Source of the DNA: Gemmatimonadaceae bacterium
GTDB taxonomy: Bacteria > Gemmatimonadota > Gemmatimonadetes > Gemmatimonadales > Gemmatimonadaceae
DNA length: 51,525 nucleotides
Assembly (NCBI GenBank): GCA_040901985.1
Contig: JBBDYC010000004.1
Coordinates: 1-51,525, forward strand
Direction of reading: 5' to 3'
Below the pieces are notes generated by a model. That model had not been told where the DNA came from and did not search any database. It saw only the letters and a list, made by a program, of their open reading frames with translations. How positions within the stretch are numbered: position 1 is the stretch's first letter; the number at the start of each line of letters is the position of its first letter. The position numbers and the translations under genes were made by a program. Positions 39,356-46,418 of the stretch are shown here, piece by piece.

Positions 39356-39775
39356 TCAGGTGCTGCTGGGAGCGGGAAGCCCGTAGATTGCACCCACGAC
39401 CGCGCCATAGACCAGATGCCCGACGAGACTGCCACCAGCCATCATCATCGACCCGGAAAAGAAACCCATGCCCATCATCGGCATCACGGCGACCTGCGCG
39501 AGGAGCCAAGGCGCGACGCCGTACAGGGCGCCCCGTAGCGGGGCGGGACCCGGGAGGCGAGCGGCGACAATCGCGTACCCGACAGCGAGAACCATACCGA
39601 TCATGAAGTGCGCGCCCCAGCCGATCAGGAGGTTGCCGCCCATCTGGCCAGCGAGCATCTCGGCGGGGTTCATCGGAGGCATCCCCATCATCGGCGCGAC
39701 GTAGACGCTCATCACGGTCATCACGGCGGTACCGACGACGCCGGCGAGCAGGGCCTTCGGGAGATGGATGGGCAT
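39356..39775 (-). CDS. Met-rich 4-TM membrane protein (DUF6789/YqhR-like)
   Basis: GAGG RBS; four hydrophobic helices; GWGAHF and LVGHLVYG. Confidence 0.75.
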   Translation of the reverse strand: MPIHLPKALLAGVVGTAVMTVMSVYVAPMMGMPPMNPAEMLAGQMGGNLLIGWGAHFMIGMVLAVGYAIVAARLPGPAPLRGALYGVAPWLLAQVAVMPMMGMGFFSGSMMMAGGSLVGHLVYGAVVGAIYGLPAPSST

Positions 39776-39813
39776 TAGGACCTCGGAGGGTGGAAAAGGG
39801 AAGGCGCGAGAGA

Positions 39814-40149
39814 TTACGCAACCCTAAGTAGGTGCCGATCGAGCACCTCCGCAATGGCGGCGGCGGGGCGGAGCCCGACGAGGCGGTCGACCAGCGCCCC
39901 GTCACGGAAGACGAGGAGCGTCGGAATCGAGCGCACTCCGAACCGCTGGGCGGTGGCCGGCTGTGCGTCGAGGTCAAGCTTGGCAACCTTCACGCGTCCG
40001 GCATAGGTGCGTGCGAGCTCATCGACGGCAGGCGCCAGGGCGAGGCAAGGTCCGCACCAAGCGGCCCACACGTCGACGAGGGCTACGCCTCGGTGCTGCT
40101 CGATCTGCACTTTGAAGGTGTCGTCGGATACGACCACGGGGTTGGGCAT
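39814..40149 (-). CDS. trxA: Thioredoxin
   Basis: WAAWCGPC, GVRSIPTL. Confidence 0.92.
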   Translation of the reverse strand: MPNPVVVSDDTFKVQIEQHRGVALVDVWAAWCGPCLALAPAVDELARTYAGRVKVAKLDLDAQPATAQRFGVRSIPTLLVFRDGALVDRLVGLRPAAAIAEVLDRHLLRVA

Positions 40150-40243
40150 CGGTTTCCCAGGATGAGGTCAGTGAGGTAAGGCGAGAGGGGGTCCGGAAAG
40201 TTCCGCTTCGGGCGAGTTCTCCGTGCGGTGCTGGTGGTCGGGA

Positions 40244-40576
40244 TCAGGTCCCCCAGTAGGGGAAGGCGGCGGCCGCCAGAGTCACGATCGTCGCGACCAC
40301 GAGAAGGCGCCTGGCCCGCCGCCGCTCGCGTGGTGATGCGCACGGTGTCCCGGGCTCGCATGCGCGTCGCTCCTCGCGCCGGACCAGCCAGGCTCCTCCG
40401 GCGAGCGACCCAAAGGCGAGCCCGAGGAACACCGGGCGATAGGGCTCGATGACGGAGGCGAAGGCGACCGCGCCGCCTGCGCCGGCAGCCGCGAACAACG
40501 GACCGGCGCAGCAGAGCGCCGAGACGAACCCGGCGACCACGGCGCCGGAAGAGGTCCCGGCGACGCGACCGATCAT
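40244..40576 (-). CDS. MerT-like heavy-metal transporter
   Basis: ALCCAGP, EPYRPVF, ACEPGTPCA, FPY; three TM helices. Confidence 0.82.
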   Translation of the reverse strand: MIGRVAGTSSGAVVAGFVSALCCAGPLFAAAGAGGAVAFASVIEPYRPVFLGLAFGSLAGGAWLVRREERRACEPGTPCASPRERRRARRLLVVATIVTLAAAAFPYWGT

Positions 40577-40866
40577 TGCCGTGCTCCGCGAAGGGCAGCC
40601 GTCAGGGCCTCGGTGCTGGGAGCTCCCGCGACGACGCAGCCCGCACCGACCATCTCCGCGGCCTCTCCCACCGGACGCCCGTCTATCAGAACCGTCGGCG
40701 AGCCGAACCGCCGAAGCCGCTCTGGTGTCGACTCGGCGCGTGAGTCCCACTCCGACCAGGTCGCGGGAAGTCCCACGGCCTGAAGTGCGGTGCGCAAGCG
40801 CCGGCGGGCTTCGTCGGCGTTCGGGCATCCCTCGAAGTACACGAGATCGATGGAAGGATCGGTCAT
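40573..40866 (-). CDS. Small thioredoxin-like protein (family often labelled alkylmercury-lyase-like/DUF2703)
   Basis: YFEGCPN, GSPTVLIDG, a further Cys, GAPS; ATGA coupling to merT-like gene. Confidence 0.7.
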   Translation of the reverse strand: MTDPSIDLVYFEGCPNADEARRRLRTALQAVGLPATWSEWDSRAESTPERLRRFGSPTVLIDGRPVGEAAEMVGAGCVVAGAPSTEALTAALRGARQ

Positions 40867-40868
40867 GG

Positions 40869-41273
40869 TCAGTCTCCGGTGGAAAGCAGTTCGAAGATGG
40901 GGCATAAGGACTCGTCAGGACGCCGGCCACACGCGACGAGGAGTTGCTGGAGCTCGCGCTCCATCGCGCGCAGCGCGCGGATACGCTCGCGCACGCGCTC
41001 GTGCGTGGCCCGCGCCGCGCGAGAGACGTCCTCGCAGGCAACGCCCGGGGTGTCCCGCAGGGAGAGCAGTACGCGAATCTCCTCGAGGGAGAAGCCGACG
41101 CGTTGGGCGTGGCGAATCAGCCGGATCCGCTCCACGCTGGCCGGTGGGAACTCCCGATAGCCGCTCCGGGTTCGTGCTACGGGCCGGAGGAGGCCGCGCC
41201 GCTCGTAGTAGCGCAGCGTGGAGATTCCGACGCCGGCATCATTCGCGAGTCGTCCGATACGCATATGCATCAC
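40869..41273 (-). CDS. MerR-family metal-responsive regulator, Hg(II)-type Cys pattern
   Basis: RIGRLA...TLRYYERRGLL...GYR, GFSLEEI; Cys in VACED and C-X8-C (CGRRPDESLC); start GTG 41273, ATG 41270 or 41264. Confidence 0.9.
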   Translation of the reverse strand: MMHMRIGRLANDAGVGISTLRYYERRGLLRPVARTRSGYREFPPASVERIRLIRHAQRVGFSLEEIRVLLSLRDTPGVACEDVSRAARATHERVRERIRALRAMERELQQLLVACGRRPDESLCPIFELLSTGD

Positions 41274-41279
41274 ACTCCC

Positions 41280-41311
41280 AGTCTGCACCCTGCACTACGG
41301 TGCAGGGTCAA
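41280..41311 (-). promoter_or_regulatory. MerR-type promoter/operator
   Basis: TTGACC-N20-CAGACT with 22-bp dyad ACCCTGCAC-CGTA-GTGCAGGGT (41287-41308). Confidence 0.85.
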
Positions 41312-41320
41312 GAGGTCCCG

Positions 41321-41866
41321 ATGACGAGTTGGATTCCCCTTCCCGAAGTCTCCTCCGCCACCGGCGCACTCGCCGACGCGTACGCGCGGGTGTCCGCCAC
41401 CCGCGGCAGCGTGGGGAACATCCTCAGAGTCCACGCCACGCGCCCAGCCGCGCTGCTGGCCCATCTCGACCTGTACCGCGAGCTGATGTTCTCGCGCAGC
41501 GAACTGACCCGGCCCGAGCGCGAGATGATTGCGTCTGTCGTCTCGTCGGTGAACGGCTGTCACTATTGCATGCACCATCACGGAAGGTCGCTCCGTGAGC
41601 TCACTCGTGATTCCGCGCTCGTCGAGAAGATCCTTCGTGACCCCCGCACCGTTCCCCTCGAGCCGCGCTGGCGCGTGCTTGCGGATCTCGCCATCCTCCT
41701 CACCGAACGTCCGGCGGCGGTGCGCGAACCCGACGTCCAGCGCCTCCGCGAGTTCGGTCTCAGCGACGCGGGCGTGCACGACGCGGTCGCGATCATCGCG
41801 TACTTCAACTACGTGAATCGGCTCGCCGAGGGCCTCCACGTTCCACTCGAGCCCGAGGGCGGCTGA
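41321..41866 (+). CDS. Peroxidase-related AhpD/CMD-family protein
   Basis: GAGG RBS; EREMIASVVSSVNGCHYCMHHH; AYFNYVNRLAEGL. Confidence 0.88.
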   Translation: MTSWIPLPEVSSATGALADAYARVSATRGSVGNILRVHATRPAALLAHLDLYRELMFSRSELTRPEREMIASVVSSVNGCHYCMHHHGRSLRELTRDSALVEKILRDPRTVPLEPRWRVLADLAILLTERPAAVREPDVQRLREFGLSDAGVHDAVAIIAYFNYVNRLAEGLHVPLEPEGG

Positions 41867-41917
41867 TGGTCGAGGTCCCCGCACCCAGGACGGGGACGGA
41901 GACCTCGACCTGACGGA

Positions 41918-42403
41918 TCACATCCGATCGAAACCGCGACGCGCCCGCACTTCTTGCCAGTTCTGCGCCGCCTTGGCGTTGTTCCCTGCGACGTCCCTCG
42001 AGAACATCGACTGCACGTCCCTGTTGACATTCAGGAACAGGCGGCCGTTCGCGACGGTGAACGCCGCGGGATCGACAGGCAGCTTCTTTCCCATCGCGAC
42101 GCCCATCGCGCAGTAGCCGCCGTAGGCCGGCGCGTACTTCGCTGGATCTGCCTTGAACGCGTCTCGATTGGCCGCCGACGCGAAGCGGTAGATCGCGCCC
42201 TCGTGCACGGCGGTGAACTCGGTCGACCCAGCGATTGGACGGCTCTGCGACTGGTAGGCGACGGCGTCGTGCCCCGCGAGGATGACACCGTTGTCATCCA
42301 CGTTGACCGACCCCTGGCCGTGCTGTGCGAGCGCGGCGGTGGCGGTGGTCGCGACCACCAGGGTGAGTGCGGCGACGCGCCGCAACAGGCTGCTGAGACT
42401 CAT
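41918..42403 (-). CDS. Secreted YHS-domain protein
   Basis: Signal peptide ALA-Q, GHDAVAY, YRFASAANRDAF, PAYGGYCAMG. Confidence 0.85.
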   Translation of the reverse strand: MSLSSLLRRVAALTLVVATTATAALAQHGQGSVNVDDNGVILAGHDAVAYQSQSRPIAGSTEFTAVHEGAIYRFASAANRDAFKADPAKYAPAYGGYCAMGVAMGKKLPVDPAAFTVANGRLFLNVNRDVQSMFSRDVAGNNAKAAQNWQEVRARRGFDRM

Positions 42404-42472
42404 GGACTCCTCCGGGGAACGAGGGAGGACGGCGGCCGGATGCCTCCGTCCAGGCCCTCTTGTGTACCGCGA

Positions 42473-42500
42473 CAAGACCGGCGCCAGGCGCGAAGTTCCC
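42473..42500 (-). promoter_or_regulatory. Candidate ECF-sigma promoter for the YHS gene
   Basis: GGGAAC-N15-GGTCTTG, same motif as 43560-43587. Confidence 0.6.
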
Positions 42501-42516
42501 GGCTGACGCGGAGGGC

Positions 42517-43125
42517 TCAGCCGGTGAGCCGTTCCTTCAGCGCTTGGGCCGCCTTGAAGACGCGCCACTCGCGCGTCCGAAAGATTCCGTCAATCTCGGT
42601 CTCGCACAGGTGGTTCGTGTAGTTGCTCATCGTCTTGATGGCCACGGCCAGGACGAGGTCGAGCACCTGCGTCTCGCGGAAGCCGGCCTCCACGAACGCG
42701 CGCAGGTCGGCGGGATCCGGTCGGCCGCGAGTCCGCACGAGACTGCGCACCAGGCGGTCCACGGCGCCAAGGCACACGTCGGGGACTGGGCGGTCCTCCC
42801 TGATTGCCTCGGTGACGGCGCGCGGGACGCCGGAGCGCGCATCGGCCAGGAAACTGTGCGCGGCGACGCAGTAGCCACAGCCGTTCTCGCGGGAGATGGA
42901 GAGGAACGCGACCTCTTGCTCGGCCGGGCTGAATCCCGAGTCCCGGCGAAACCTCGCGTACCCATCCATATAGGTCTCGAGCAACGGTGGCGCGTGCGCC
43001 ATCATGCGGTGCAGGTTCGGCACCATCATCATTTCGCGACGGGCGCGCGTCAGCAGGGCGAGGGCGGCCGGAGAGGCTGTGTGGTCCGCCACGGGCGGCA
43101 GGGGCAGGATCGAATGCTCAGACAT
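42517..43125 (-). CDS. Carboxymuconolactone decarboxylase/AhpD-family protein
   Basis: MVPNLH, ENGCGYCVAAH, KTMSNYTNH; start 43125 or 43137. Confidence 0.88.
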   Translation of the reverse strand: MSEHSILPLPPVADHTASPAALALLTRARREMMMVPNLHRMMAHAPPLLETYMDGYARFRRDSGFSPAEQEVAFLSISRENGCGYCVAAHSFLADARSGVPRAVTEAIREDRPVPDVCLGAVDRLVRSLVRTRGRPDPADLRAFVEAGFRETQVLDLVLAVAIKTMSNYTNHLCETEIDGIFRTREWRVFKAAQALKERLTG

Positions 43126-43165
43126 CAGAGACCTCATCAGGTGACAGGAGCGCGCACCGTCGCGG

Positions 43166-43426
43166 TCATCGCGAATCGGCGAATCCCTCGGCCCGGAGGG
43201 CCGTGCGAATCCTCTCGCAGAGTCCCGTGGTGTCGAGCGGAGCGTGGCGCGCCGCGCGAAGCGCCGACTTGAACGACCGCTCGAACGCGACGTGCGGAGC
43301 GCACCGTTCGCACATCTTGATGTGCGCCTCGAGCGCGGCGAGCCGATCTGGCGTGAGCTCGCCGTCGAGATAATCCCACAGCTGCCGGATCACCGCGTCG
43401 CAGTCAATCATGGGCAGGTCGTTCAT
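43166..43426 (-). CDS. zf-HC2 zinc-binding anti-sigma factor (RsrA/RshA-like)
   Basis: DCDAVIRQLWDYLDGEL...HIKMCERC (H-X3-C-X2-C); soluble, about 86 aa. Confidence 0.85.
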   Translation of the reverse strand: MNDLPMIDCDAVIRQLWDYLDGELTPDRLAALEAHIKMCERCAPHVAFERSFKSALRAARHAPLDTTGLCERIRTALRAEGFADSR

Positions 43427-43507
43427 CGGGTACCGTCCGTGCCGGAAGTACGGCGCGAGGCGCGGATGCCGGCGTCGCGAGCGTGCGTAAGCAGCCGTTC
43501 TTGACGG

Positions 43508-43548
43508 CGTGGCATGACGGTTGATCGTGGCATGACGGTTGAGCGTGG
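43508..43548. repeat. 18-bp tandem direct repeat, 2.3 copies
   Basis: cgtggcatgacggttga-t-cgtggcatgacggttga-g-cgtgg. Confidence 0.85.
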
Positions 43549-43559
43549 TGAGAAGTGGA

Positions 43560-43587
43560 GGGAACGTCGCGAGGGCCGCAGGTCTTG
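43560..43587 (+). promoter_or_regulatory. Candidate ECF-sigma promoter for the TVP38-DUF547 gene
   Basis: GGGAAC-N15-GGTCTTG. Confidence 0.6.
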
Positions 43588-43653
43588 ATTGGTACGGCCG
43601 CCGGGACCACCGAGCAATACCGTGTGCGGCCAAAGCGTTCACTCCACCCATCC

Positions 43654-45141
43654 ATGCCCACATCCGTCCGCTCCGATTCGTCGACCTCCGCGCGATCGCG
43701 TGCCCTCGTCCGTCTCGCACTCCTCGTTCTGGTGCTGGTGGCGGCGTGGGTCATCGCCCGGCAGCTCGGCTGGCTCGAGTACGCCGACCGATCGCAAATC
43801 GGCGCGCTCGTTGAGCGTATCCGCGGCCTACCGTTGGCAGCGCCGATCTTCGTCCTGGCCTATGCCGCGGCGGCGACCCTCGGCCTGCCCGGGACGCCGC
43901 TCACGTTGGCAGGGGGCGCAATCTTCGGATTTGCGGGGGGCACGGTCCTCAACTGGATGGGCGCGACGCTCGGCGCAACGGGCGCCTTTTTCCTCGCCCG
44001 TATGCTCGGGCGCGATTCGGTCCGCGCACTCCTCGGGCGGAATGCTGCCGCGCTCGATCGCGTGGTCGGCTCCGGCGCTTTCGGGACGCTCGTGCGGCTG
44101 CGGTTGATTCCCATTGTCCCGTTCAACGCGCTCAATTTCGGCTCCGGTCTGGCGGGGGTGCGCCCAGCGACGTACGTCGCATCAACGGCCCTCGGCATCA
44201 TTCCCGGGACCGCCGTCTACACGTACTTTGCCGACGCCCTCCTCGCCGGGGTCGAGGGCGCGCGCGAGCAGGCGTTCCAGCAGGTCCTCGTCGCTGGCGT
44301 GCTGCTGGTGCTTCTCTCCCTCGTGCCGGCGATCGCGCGACGTTTCGGTTGGATAGCGACCGTGGCGCTCGCGACCCTCGCGGCGCCGGCGACTGGTGCG
44401 GCGCAGGGAATCGATCATGCGCCGTGGGACGCGATGCTCGGCGCGCACGTGACCGACGGACTGGTGGACTATGACGCCTTTGCGCGAGATCCGCGCTTCG
44501 CGCGATACCTTGAGACGCTCGATCGCACGAGTCTCGCCGGGGCCACGCGCCCGGAGCGTCTCGCCTACTGGATCAACGTCTACAACGCGTACACGATTGC
44601 GCTCATCAATGATCGGCGTGAGCGCGATTCCATTCGGAACATCAACCGGCGATTCGGAATTACGTGGCGTAGCCCATGGGCTGAACCGATTGTGCGCGCG
44701 GCCGGTCGGGTCCTGACGCTCGACGACGTGGAGCACCGGATCATCCGCCCGGAGTTCGGCGACCCCCGGATTCACGCGGCGCTCGTCTGCGCGGCAATAG
44801 GATGTCCGTCACTTCGGTCGGAGGCATACGTGGCGTCCACTCTCGACGCGCAGCTCGACAATCAGGCACGGCACTTTCTCGCGCAGCACGAGAAGAATCG
44901 CGTTGACGTCGCCGCCGGCGTCGTCTTCGGCTCGCCGATTTTCACTTGGTACCGCGAGGACTTCGGAGGGAGCCTCGCTGGCGTGGGCGCCTTCTGGGCG
45001 CGCTACCTGCCCCCGGGCCCCGAGCGAGAACTCGTCGCGAGCGGTCGATTCCGGTGGGTGGATACTGAATACGACTGGTCGCTGAACCTGCGATCTCCCG
45101 CGCGCCGAGGCGCGGCACCTCCGCTTCAACCCCCACGCTAG
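43654..45141 (+). CDS. TVP38/TMEM64 (DedA/VTT) membrane domain fused to DUF547
   Basis: LPGTPLTLAGGAIFG, LRLIPIVPFN, GIIPGT; then AYWINVYNAYT, DPRIHAALVCAAIGCP, YDWSLN. Confidence 0.85.
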   Translation: MPTSVRSDSSTSARSRALVRLALLVLVLVAAWVIARQLGWLEYADRSQIGALVERIRGLPLAAPIFVLAYAAAATLGLPGTPLTLAGGAIFGFAGGTVLNWMGATLGATGAFFLARMLGRDSVRALLGRNAAALDRVVGSGAFGTLVRLRLIPIVPFNALNFGSGLAGVRPATYVASTALGIIPGTAVYTYFADALLAGVEGAREQAFQQVLVAGVLLVLLSLVPAIARRFGWIATVALATLAAPATGAAQGIDHAPWDAMLGAHVTDGLVDYDAFARDPRFARYLETLDRTSLAGATRPERLAYWINVYNAYTIALINDRRERDSIRNINRRFGITWRSPWAEPIVRAAGRVLTLDDVEHRIIRPEFGDPRIHAALVCAAIGCPSLRSEAYVASTLDAQLDNQARHFLAQHEKNRVDVAAGVVFGSPIFTWYREDFGGSLAGVGAFWARYLPPGPERELVASGRFRWVDTEYDWSLNLRSPARRGAAPPLQPPR

Positions 45142-46418
45142 AAAACCATCAAGAGCGGGTTCTCAATCAACCGGCGGAGCGTCTGCAGGAACTTGGCGCC
45201 GACGGCCCCGTCAATCACGCGGTGGTCGCAGCTCATCGTCACCCGGAGCTTCTTGCGGACCTCGAAGCCGCCGTCGGGGCCGACGACGACCTTGTCCTCG
45301 ATCGCGCCGATTGCCAGGATGCCGCACTCGGGCGGGTTGATGATCGCCGTGAACTGGTCAATCTGCATCATCCCGAGGTTCGAGACGGAAAACGTCGAGC
45401 CGGTGAACTCCTCGGGCTTGAGCTTCCGCTCACGCGCCTTCTTGGCCAGCGCCTTGGCCTCGGTGCTGATCTCCGACATCCGCTTCTGTTCGGCGTTGAA
45501 GATGACGGGGACGATGAGGCCGTCGTCGGTCGCGACGGCCATCCCGAGATGGACCGTGTTGAAGTAGCGGATCTTGTCGCCGAGCCAGTGCGCGTTCGCC
45601 TCCGGGTGCTGTTGGAGCGCCGTGGCGGTGGCCTTCAGGATGATGTCGTTGAACGAGACCTTGTACTCGTCGCCGAGTTCGGCGGCGGCGGCACGCATCT
45701 CGGCGGCGCGGCTCAGGTCGAACTCGGCCGTGAGATAGAAGGTCGGGATCGGGCCGATGGACTCGGTGAGGCGGCGGGCAATCGTCTTGCGGATCTGCGT
45801 GAGCGCTTCGTCGCGGTACTGCAGGTGGGGAGGTGTGGGGTGTGAGGGGTGAGGTCCTGCGCCTGCTCCCGACAATGCGGCCTCGATGTCGCGCTTGATG
45901 ATGCGGCCCGAAGGACCCGAGCCCTGCACGGCGCCGAGGTCCACGCCCTGCTCGCCGGCGAGGCGGCGGGCGAGGGGTGAGGTGCGCACGCGATCCTGCG
46001 CGGCGGGGGCCGCCGTTGGCGCGGCCGGCGCACTCGGGGCCGGTGCACTCGGGGCCGGTGCACTCGGGGCCGGCGCACTCGGGGCCGGCGCACTCGGGGC
46101 CGGCGCACGCGGGGCCGGCGCACGCGGGGCCGGCGCCGGCGCCGCGTCGCCCCCGCCGGCCAGCGCCGAGATGTCCTCGTCCTTGTCCGCGATGATGCCC
46201 ACGAGCGACCCGACGGCGACGGTGTCGCCTTCGGCTATCAGTCGCTTTCTCAGCACGCCATCGCCGCGCGCCGCGAGTTCCATCACCGCCTTGTCCGTCT
46301 CCACCTCGGCGAGAAGGTCGCCGGCCTTCACGGCGTCGCCCTCGTTCTTGAGCCACTTCACGAGGCGGCCTTCCTCCATCGTCGGGCTCAGCGCCTCCAT
46401 CACCACCTTAGTCGACAT
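45138..46418 (-). CDS. pdhC: Pyruvate dehydrogenase E2, dihydrolipoamide acetyltransferase
   Basis: Lipoyl motif EVETDKA, E3-binding SPLARRLA, catalytic DHRVIDG. Confidence 0.95.
   Translation of the reverse strand: MSTKVVMEALSPTMEEGRLVKWLKNEGDAVKAGDLLAEVETDKAVMELAARGDGVLRKRLIAEGDTVAVGSLVGIIADKDEDISALAGGGDAAPAPAPRAPAPRAPAPSAPAPSAPAPSAPAPSAPAPSAPAAPTAAPAAQDRVRTSPLARRLAGEQGVDLGAVQGSGPSGRIIKRDIEAALSGAGAGPHPSHPTPPHLQYRDEALTQIRKTIARRLTESIGPIPTFYLTAEFDLSRAAEMRAAAAELGDEYKVSFNDIILKATATALQQHPEANAHWLGDKIRYFNTVHLGMAVATDDGLIVPVIFNAEQKRMSEISTEAKALAKKARERKLKPEEFTGSTFSVSNLGMMQIDQFTAIINPPECGILAIGAIEDKVVVGPDGGFEVRKKLRVTMSCDHRVIDGAVGAKFLQTLRRLIENPLLMVF
46021..46140. repeat. 15-bp VNTR in pdhC linker (APAPS/APAPR)
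   Basis: ggggccggYgcacKc, about 8 copies. Confidence 0.9.

Noticed and set aside
40150..40246. Selenocysteine readthrough or frameshift at the merT-like TGA
   Set aside because: The stop falls where MerT normally ends (just after FPY); no convincing SECIS or conserved continuation.
43441..43470. Third copy of the ECF promoter upstream of zf-HC2
   Set aside because: Similarity is mostly in the GC-rich spacer; the -35 box and spacing do not match.
39160..45141. Island as a defined mobile element
   Set aside because: No integrase, transposase, terminal inverted repeats or target-site duplication were found by eye.
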